From: Candidatus Poribacteria bacterium
GTDB lineage: Bacteria > Poribacteria > WGA-4E > PCPOR2b
NCBI GenBank assembly: GCA_965208675.1
Contig: OZ242351.1
Location: 3,168,001-3,232,000 of the forward strand
Direction of reading: 5' to 3'
Length of the DNA: 64,000 nt
Below, in pieces: positions 58,705 to 64,000 of the stretch (position 1 is its first letter; each line of letters begins with the position of its first letter). The position numbers and the translations under genes were made by a program. A model generated the notes under the pieces. The model worked only from the letters and a program-made list of their open reading frames with translations, was not told the DNA's origin and did no database searches.

Positions 58705-60213
58705 ATGAGTCGAATCCCAGACAGAGAACTGATTAAACAGAGTATTGATGGTGACAGCCAAGCCTTCTCGACACTGATAAAACGCGTTGAGACGCCGCTG
58801 GTGAAGCTTGTCAAATCCAAAATCCCTGACCCTGCATCTGCCGAGGATATCTTACAAGAAGTACTTTTGGATGTGTGGCAAGGTTTAAAGGGACTTCGGG
58901 ACCCGGACAGGTGGGCTGCATGGGTCATGCAGATTGCTCGAAACCGATGTCATGATTTCTTCCGGTCAGTCCAGCGTCGAGAGGCGCCCATGGCGAATAG
59001 TGAACTTGAACCCATCATCAATAGACGAAGTCAACACGATGGCTTCCAGACCGACCTGCTCAATACCGTGCTCCAAACCCTGTCCCAAGCGCCGTCGAAT
59101 CATGTCGAAGCCGCCCATCTATACTATCTCGAAGGTTTAACCATAAGACAAATTGCGGCACAGCTGGGGAAACCGGAAGGAACAATCAAGCGATGGCTTT
59201 CACACGCCCGTAGTTTTGTCAGAAGCCGCCTAGGACTAAGGCAAATCAGAATCGAAAGGAGGAAGATCATGACTTCCGATACGCACGAATCCGAATATTA
59301 CCAACGTCGAGCGCAACGCGATATCGCCGCCTGTCGCGAAGACGGGGCCGCGTCGCTCAACCTGAAAAATCCCGTTGGATCAAAAGAACTCCCCAGTGAG
59401 GTGTGGACGCTGACTCAGTTGAAAGATCTCTCGCTGTGGTGGAACAAGCTTGAGAACATCTCAGAGGATATCGGGAGATTGAAGCACCTGGAAAGTCTTT
59501 ATGTAGAGAGTGACCAACTCAAACAGTTGCCAAACCAGATTGTGTCCCTGTCACGCCTGAGACATCTGGAAGTTATTGGCAGCCAAATGACTGAACTGCC
59601 GGCGGATTTGGGCCGTCTTAGTGCATTACGGACGATTATTTTCCAGCGCACGCAACTCCAGGAATTGCCCGCCAGCTTTGGCGAATTAAACCGACTTGAA
59701 GTCGCTGAGATGGACGATAACCAGTTTAGAAAGTTACCAGACGATTTGAGCGGATTGACCAATCTCCACGTGTTAACGCTGCAAGGCCACCAGCTTTCGG
59801 TGTTACCCAAAACATTAGGTCAACTCTCCGCTATGGAAGAACTGTATCTTGACTACAACCACTTAGATAGCTTACCCGAGGAAATTTGTAATCTTCGAAA
59901 CCTTGAGACGCTGTCAATAGCGAATAACCAAATCCACTCGCTGCCGCCGTGCATAGGCAATTTTTCCAAGCTACAGTATCTTTTCGTCGAGTCAAATCAG
60001 CTCGCGAATATTCCACGAGAAATTGGGAAACTCACCGAATTACGGGAGTTGGCGTTGAGTAGCAATCAGTTAACTTCCTTACCGAAAGCGCTTGCAAACC
60101 TCCCAAACTTGCAAATTTTAAAACTCCACGACAATCCCCTGCCTGACCAGTTGATTCAGGCAGCGAAAAACGGAATTGATGAGTTCCGCGGGGCGCTAGC
60201 GGCGATCGCTTAA
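58705..60213 (+). CDS. ECF sigma factor fused to a leucine-rich repeat domain
   Basis: Near-identical 188-aa sigma module starting MSRIPDRE at 58705, then about 11 LRRs (LxxLxLxxNxLxxLP..IGxL). Confidence 0.9.
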   Translation: MSRIPDRELIKQSIDGDSQAFSTLIKRVETPLVKLVKSKIPDPASAEDILQEVLLDVWQGLKGLRDPDRWAAWVMQIARNRCHDFFRSVQRREAPMANSELEPIINRRSQHDGFQTDLLNTVLQTLSQAPSNHVEAAHLYYLEGLTIRQIAAQLGKPEGTIKRWLSHARSFVRSRLGLRQIRIERRKIMTSDTHESEYYQRRAQRDIAACREDGAASLNLKNPVGSKELPSEVWTLTQLKDLSLWWNKLENISEDIGRLKHLESLYVESDQLKQLPNQIVSLSRLRHLEVIGSQMTELPADLGRLSALRTIIFQRTQLQELPASFGELNRLEVAEMDDNQFRKLPDDLSGLTNLHVLTLQGHQLSVLPKTLGQLSAMEELYLDYNHLDSLPEEICNLRNLETLSIANNQIHSLPPCIGNFSKLQYLFVESNQLANIPREIGKLTELRELALSSNQLTSLPKALANLPNLQILKLHDNPLPDQLIQAAKNGIDEFRGALAAIA

Positions 60214-60369
60214 CAGGTTCATCTGTTAGGTGATAGTAGAGCAACAATTCAATTAGTTTTCACCTGTTGGAATTTACGAATTCGTGGTATAATCTATGAA
60301 TTGTGTGAGTCCTTGTGCAAATGATGTAAGCAGGGAAAAAGTATTGTTCGCCGATAATATCTTCTCCTC

Positions 60370-61350
60370 GTGACGGGAGGTTATTTGAAAGCTGCTCAAA
60401 TTGTTGCGCCGCGCCAACTTGAAATCATCGACATAGGTGTACCCGATATTTCCTCGGAACCTGAAGGCGCAGTGCTTATTAAAGCGCGTCTTAGCGCAAT
60501 TTGCGGAACGGATATGCCGTATTTTGCGATGGAACATCCTGCGGCAGATTATCCATTTGCGACGGGGTTGTCCATCCATGAGTGCATCGGTACGATTGCT
60601 GCAAGTAAGTCCGATCGTTTCAAGGAAGGTGAAACTGTGCTTGCGCTTCCGAACGAGATGCGCGGGCTCGCAGAGTACTTTTTGTCGCATGAAGATGTCA
60701 CAGTCCCACTGCAAACATTCCATCGCGGCGACTGTATTTTGATGTCACAACCGTTAGGCACCGTCATCTGGGCATGTCGGAAGTTTGGCAATTTGCTACA
60801 TCAGAACGTCGTGATTGTAGGGCAAGGACCAATGGGTTTGCTCATGGCGCATATGTTGAGTAATCTCGGTGCGAAGGCGATTATTGGGACAGACTTGTTT
60901 GATTATCGTCTAGCGGTCTCAAAACAGATGCGTGCCACGCACATAATAAACGCAAGCAAAGAAGACGCGGTTGCCCGTGTTGCCGAGCTGACACACGGCG
61001 TGATGGCTGACCTTGTAGTTGAAGCGGTGGGACACCAGACGGAGACAATCAATGACTGCCTAAATCTCGTGAAACCAGGCGGGACAATCCTTGCGTTTGG
61101 TGTGCCTGATGACGATGTATACGATTTTCATTTTGGCGGCTTTTTCCATAAAAACGTGCGTTTCATTGCATCTGTTGGACCGGATGTCCAGAACGACTTC
61201 CCGCTGGCGATGGATATGATCTCGCAAGGACGTATTGATGTGTCGCCAATCATCACTCATAATCTTCCGTTCACTGAAGTACAGCGGGCGTTTGAGCTGT
61301 CCCTTTATAAAAAAGATGGCGCAATCAAGATTACCCTCGAATATGATTAA
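60370..61350 (+). CDS. Zn-dependent (MDR) alcohol/sugar dehydrogenase
   Basis: ICGTD, HECIG, GQGPMG Rossmann motif, EAVG, ITH..P.....AF. Confidence 0.9.
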   Translation: MTGGYLKAAQIVAPRQLEIIDIGVPDISSEPEGAVLIKARLSAICGTDMPYFAMEHPAADYPFATGLSIHECIGTIAASKSDRFKEGETVLALPNEMRGLAEYFLSHEDVTVPLQTFHRGDCILMSQPLGTVIWACRKFGNLLHQNVVIVGQGPMGLLMAHMLSNLGAKAIIGTDLFDYRLAVSKQMRATHIINASKEDAVARVAELTHGVMADLVVEAVGHQTETINDCLNLVKPGGTILAFGVPDDDVYDFHFGGFFHKNVRFIASVGPDVQNDFPLAMDMISQGRIDVSPIITHNLPFTEVQRAFELSLYKKDGAIKITLEYD

Positions 61351-61491
61351 CACAACCGATATGCCCGGAAGGGAGGAAGAATCATGCGGAAGCCGGAGGA
61401 TGGAAGAAATTACAATCTAAAAGCGGGCGGAAGAAGAAATAGACTGATTGCTGAAATTGCATTTTAACCCGAATGATACGAGACTTCAGGT

Positions 61492-62559
61492 CTAAATTAG
61501 TGTTTGTTGTTCCAGCGGCAAGTGGACCATCCGCCCTTCACGGCTGGATTTATAGATGGCAAGGATAATCTCAACTGCTTTTCGCCCCTCGCGCCCATCA
61601 ACAAGGTGAGGCATACCGGTATTGATACTGTGGATAAAATCTGTCATTTGCCGTTGATGGTTAGCATGCTTAATTTCTCGCGGATCAGCCGCACCGCCTC
61701 CTCCTGATTGTCTCCTCGCATATTTGCGGCGTATCTCGGCGTCTTCCGGCAACTCCGGATCAAACTTCCATGTTGTAATATCTTCTTCTTCCAAAATGAC
61801 TGTGCCGTTGCTGCCCGAAATCTCAATACGTTTCAAAAACCCTGGGTATACAGCGGTTGAACCTTCAATGATTCCCAAGGCGCCGTTTGCAAAACGCAGA
61901 GCGGCAACAGCAACATCCTCTACCTCAATACGCTCATGCGCCAATGTATACGTGAATGCCTGTACCGCTTTGACAGGCCCCATGAAGTATTGGATGAGAT
62001 CGACGGCATGGATGGACTGATTCATAAGTGAGCCGCCGCCGTCAAGTTTCCACGTGCCTCGCCATCCGCCGCTGTCGTAATATGCTTGCGAACGGTGCCA
62101 CTTAACGTAAGCGTCGCCCAAAGTAAGTTTCCCGAAACGGCCGGAATGGATTGTCTTCTTTAACAACCGACTCGCTTCGACAAATCGCGAGTTAAAGATT
62201 GCACATAGACGCACCCCGGCTTCGTCACAAGTTTGGATAATTTCATCGCACCGATCCAATGTGATTTCCAACGGCTTTTCTACAATGACATGTTTGCCGG
62301 CTTCCGCAGCCGCGACTGCCGCCTCCAGATGGACACCGCTAGGCGTGCATACACAGACGATGTCGAGGTCATCGCGTTTGAGCATCTCACGGTAGTCCGA
62401 ATAGCCGTCCACATGATATCTATCTGCTAACCGCCTGACATTTTCGTAATGTCGGGAACTGACAGCGGCTAATCGTCCACGGTCTAGCTCGGCGATTGCC
62501 GCGGCGTGGACATCCGCAATCATGCCGCAGCCGACAATTCCGAAACCATAAGTTTTCAT
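61492..62559 (-). CDS. Gfo/Idh/MocA family oxidoreductase
   Basis: GIVGCGMI, TPSG.H, GKHV.VEKP, GGG.LMNQSIH.VD; start at MKTYGFG. Confidence 0.93.
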   Translation of the reverse strand: MKTYGFGIVGCGMIADVHAAAIAELDRGRLAAVSSRHYENVRRLADRYHVDGYSDYREMLKRDDLDIVCVCTPSGVHLEAAVAAAEAGKHVIVEKPLEITLDRCDEIIQTCDEAGVRLCAIFNSRFVEASRLLKKTIHSGRFGKLTLGDAYVKWHRSQAYYDSGGWRGTWKLDGGGSLMNQSIHAVDLIQYFMGPVKAVQAFTYTLAHERIEVEDVAVAALRFANGALGIIEGSTAVYPGFLKRIEISGSNGTVILEEEDITTWKFDPELPEDAEIRRKYARRQSGGGGAADPREIKHANHQRQMTDFIHSINTGMPHLVDGREGRKAVEIILAIYKSSREGRMVHLPLEQQTLI

Positions 62560-62738
62560 GGCAATAGGCGCCCCAATGCAAATAATTCCCACTGCCTACC
62601 ATACGTAAAGTTCATACGGCCTCTCGGTAAAAATAATAAAAATGATACGGTCATTTGAGTCTCCCCAAGCCAAACCCCGTCATTTTTTTCGACAACAAGA
62701 CAATAGTCAAATGTCTTGAGAAACGCAGGATTTTCATC

Positions 62739-63314
62739 ATGAAAAAGCTTATCATGGCGTTCTGCCTCATTGTGACGATTGGATTTATCTGGATCTGGCA
62801 CCATCAAATTCAGTTTAACGATGAGTCGCGCAAAGCCTTTTTTCATCTGAAGAGCGGCGAAGTTGACCAAGCAATCAATGCTTATACTAGCGCCATCAAG
62901 CATAAAAAGCGTACCCTCTTTTTCTCGAAAGCACCATTCCTATATAATAACCTCGGTCAAGCCTATCTGAGTAAGGCACAATATGATGAAGCGATCGCGG
63001 CTTTCAAGCATGCCCTCGAAATCAAGCCGGATGCAGTGGAAGTTTATATCAATCTAGCAACGGCTTACCTGAAGCAGAATTTGCCTCGCCGAGCACTCGA
63101 GGCGTGTCAGCAAGCCATCCGGATTGACCCTCGCTCTCCCTTCGCCCACTACAACTTGGCTTGTGCTTACGCGCTAGCCGACGACGCTGCAAAAGCGATT
63201 GATTCCCTCGAAAGCGCCATTAAACTTGACAAGCAAATAAAAAAGTACGCGCAAGAAGAAAGGGCGTTCGATACACTTCGGTCCCACCCTCTGTTTCCAA
63301 AATCCAATCCCTAG
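62739..63314 (+). CDS. Membrane-anchored TPR protein
   Basis: AGGA SD, N-terminal TM helix, TPRs (YNNLG.AY, YINLA, YNLAC.YA); start at MKKLIM. Confidence 0.85.
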   Translation: MKKLIMAFCLIVTIGFIWIWHHQIQFNDESRKAFFHLKSGEVDQAINAYTSAIKHKKRTLFFSKAPFLYNNLGQAYLSKAQYDEAIAAFKHALEIKPDAVEVYINLATAYLKQNLPRRALEACQQAIRIDPRSPFAHYNLACAYALADDAAKAIDSLESAIKLDKQIKKYAQEERAFDTLRSHPLFPKSNP

Positions 63315-63393
63315 TCGACAACCGCCCCTCCAGAATTATGCCGTAACCGAATGCAGCAGCCGGTGGCGAGCGTTCAGTAAGATGCGCTTCTTG

Positions 63394-64000
63394 CTAACCA
63401 CTGGTCACTGGCTGCCGGTCACTGTTTTTTATCTTGCTTCCATATCGGCGAGACAAATCTCTTAATCCAATTTCACCTTTCACAGCAACAGATTCAATCT
63501 GCCCATTCAGTAGAAAAATGAATCGCGAACCGGCAAGATATCCCAATTCTGTATCGTGGGTGGTAAGTAAAACGCCTTTACCACGTTCACGCTCTTTCTC
63601 AATCAACCTGAGCGCAATCTCTTTCGCTGCCGCATCGAGTCCCGAAAACGGCTCATCAAGAAGGAGGATACTCGAATCATGGATAAGGGCTTTGGCAATC
63701 ATAAACCGTTGCATCATGCCGCGTGAGAAGATTCGGACGGGTTCGTGGGCAAAGGAGGTGAGTTCAACATCGGCGAGGACATCAGAAATCCGCCCTTCCA
63801 AATCATCAATACCGTAAATCCGTCCGAAAAATTTAAGGTTTTCATACGGACTAAATCCGAGATAGGCAAGCGGTTCGTGAAGCACCAGCCCTAATGATTG
63901 ACGAACGCGCTGGGGTTCAGCAAGCGCATCTACATCGCCAATCTGAAGACTGCCAGAGGTGGGTTTGATTAACGTGGAGAGAATTTTGACGAGTGTTGTT
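63394..64000 (-). CDS. ABC transporter ATP-binding protein, CcmA-like (5' end outside the window)
   Basis: The frame stays open to the window edge (TTLVKILSTLIKPTSG, just after Walker A); FSRGM.QR signature, LLLDEP, TTH. Confidence 0.85.
   Translation of the reverse strand, partial: TTLVKILSTLIKPTSGSLQIGDVDALAEPQRVRQSLGLVLHEPLAYLGFSPYENLKFFGRIYGIDDLEGRISDVLADVELTSFAHEPVRIFSRGMMQRFMIAKALIHDSSILLLDEPFSGLDAAAKEIALRLIEKERERGKGVLLTTHDTELGYLAGSRFIFLLNGQIESVAVKGEIGLRDLSRRYGSKIKNSDRQPVTSG

Noticed and set aside
183-63817. Numerous short antisense or alternate-frame ORFs in the ORF track
   Set aside because: They overlap well-supported genes and show no motifs; treated as shadow ORFs.

Overview
Bacterial chromosomal window, mostly coding and of intermediate GC. 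The gene content strongly suggests a Candidatus Poribacteria-like organism; this is an inference from TPR/HEAT/WD40/LRR repeat proteins, PhyH, ASPIC/UnbV, BMC vertex genes, C-terminal 'VSPxxK..TWG.xK' tails and dense REP-like intergenic repeats. Main blocks: (1) an array of eight paralogous secreted TolB-like (PD40) beta-propeller genes at 1970-11572, all ending in one short conserved C-terminal motif and interrupted by an SDR; (2) housekeeping and metabolic genes (cupin, PhyH, Ppx/GppA, two EutN/CcmL, rhomboid, folD, GT4, thiamine pyrophosphokinase-like, MFS, MDR, Gfo/Idh/MocA, CcmA-like ABC ATPase); (3) a Cyc2-like cytochrome-porin with two CxxCH motifs, followed by an XRE/ImmA-IrrE pair; (4) a DUF4252/DUF4097, HEAT-(ART-like) and ECF sigma cluster; (5) a SNF2-DUF3883 / unknown / DUF1156 methylase / DUF499 ATPase defence island; (6) a 2178-aa SprA (T9SS translocon) homologue with Gly/Phe/Tyr-rich inserts; (7) twin near-identical ECF sigma modules fused to WD40 and LRR domains, each with a perfect in-frame internal AGGAGG-N6-ATG at the junction. 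The best candidates for new biology are a SprA-based secretion route that uses the short TWGxxK tail, and the modular sigma-repeat fusions. I recognised no rRNA, tRNA, CRISPR array or intact transposase. All family assignments come from motif recognition by eye, not database searches.
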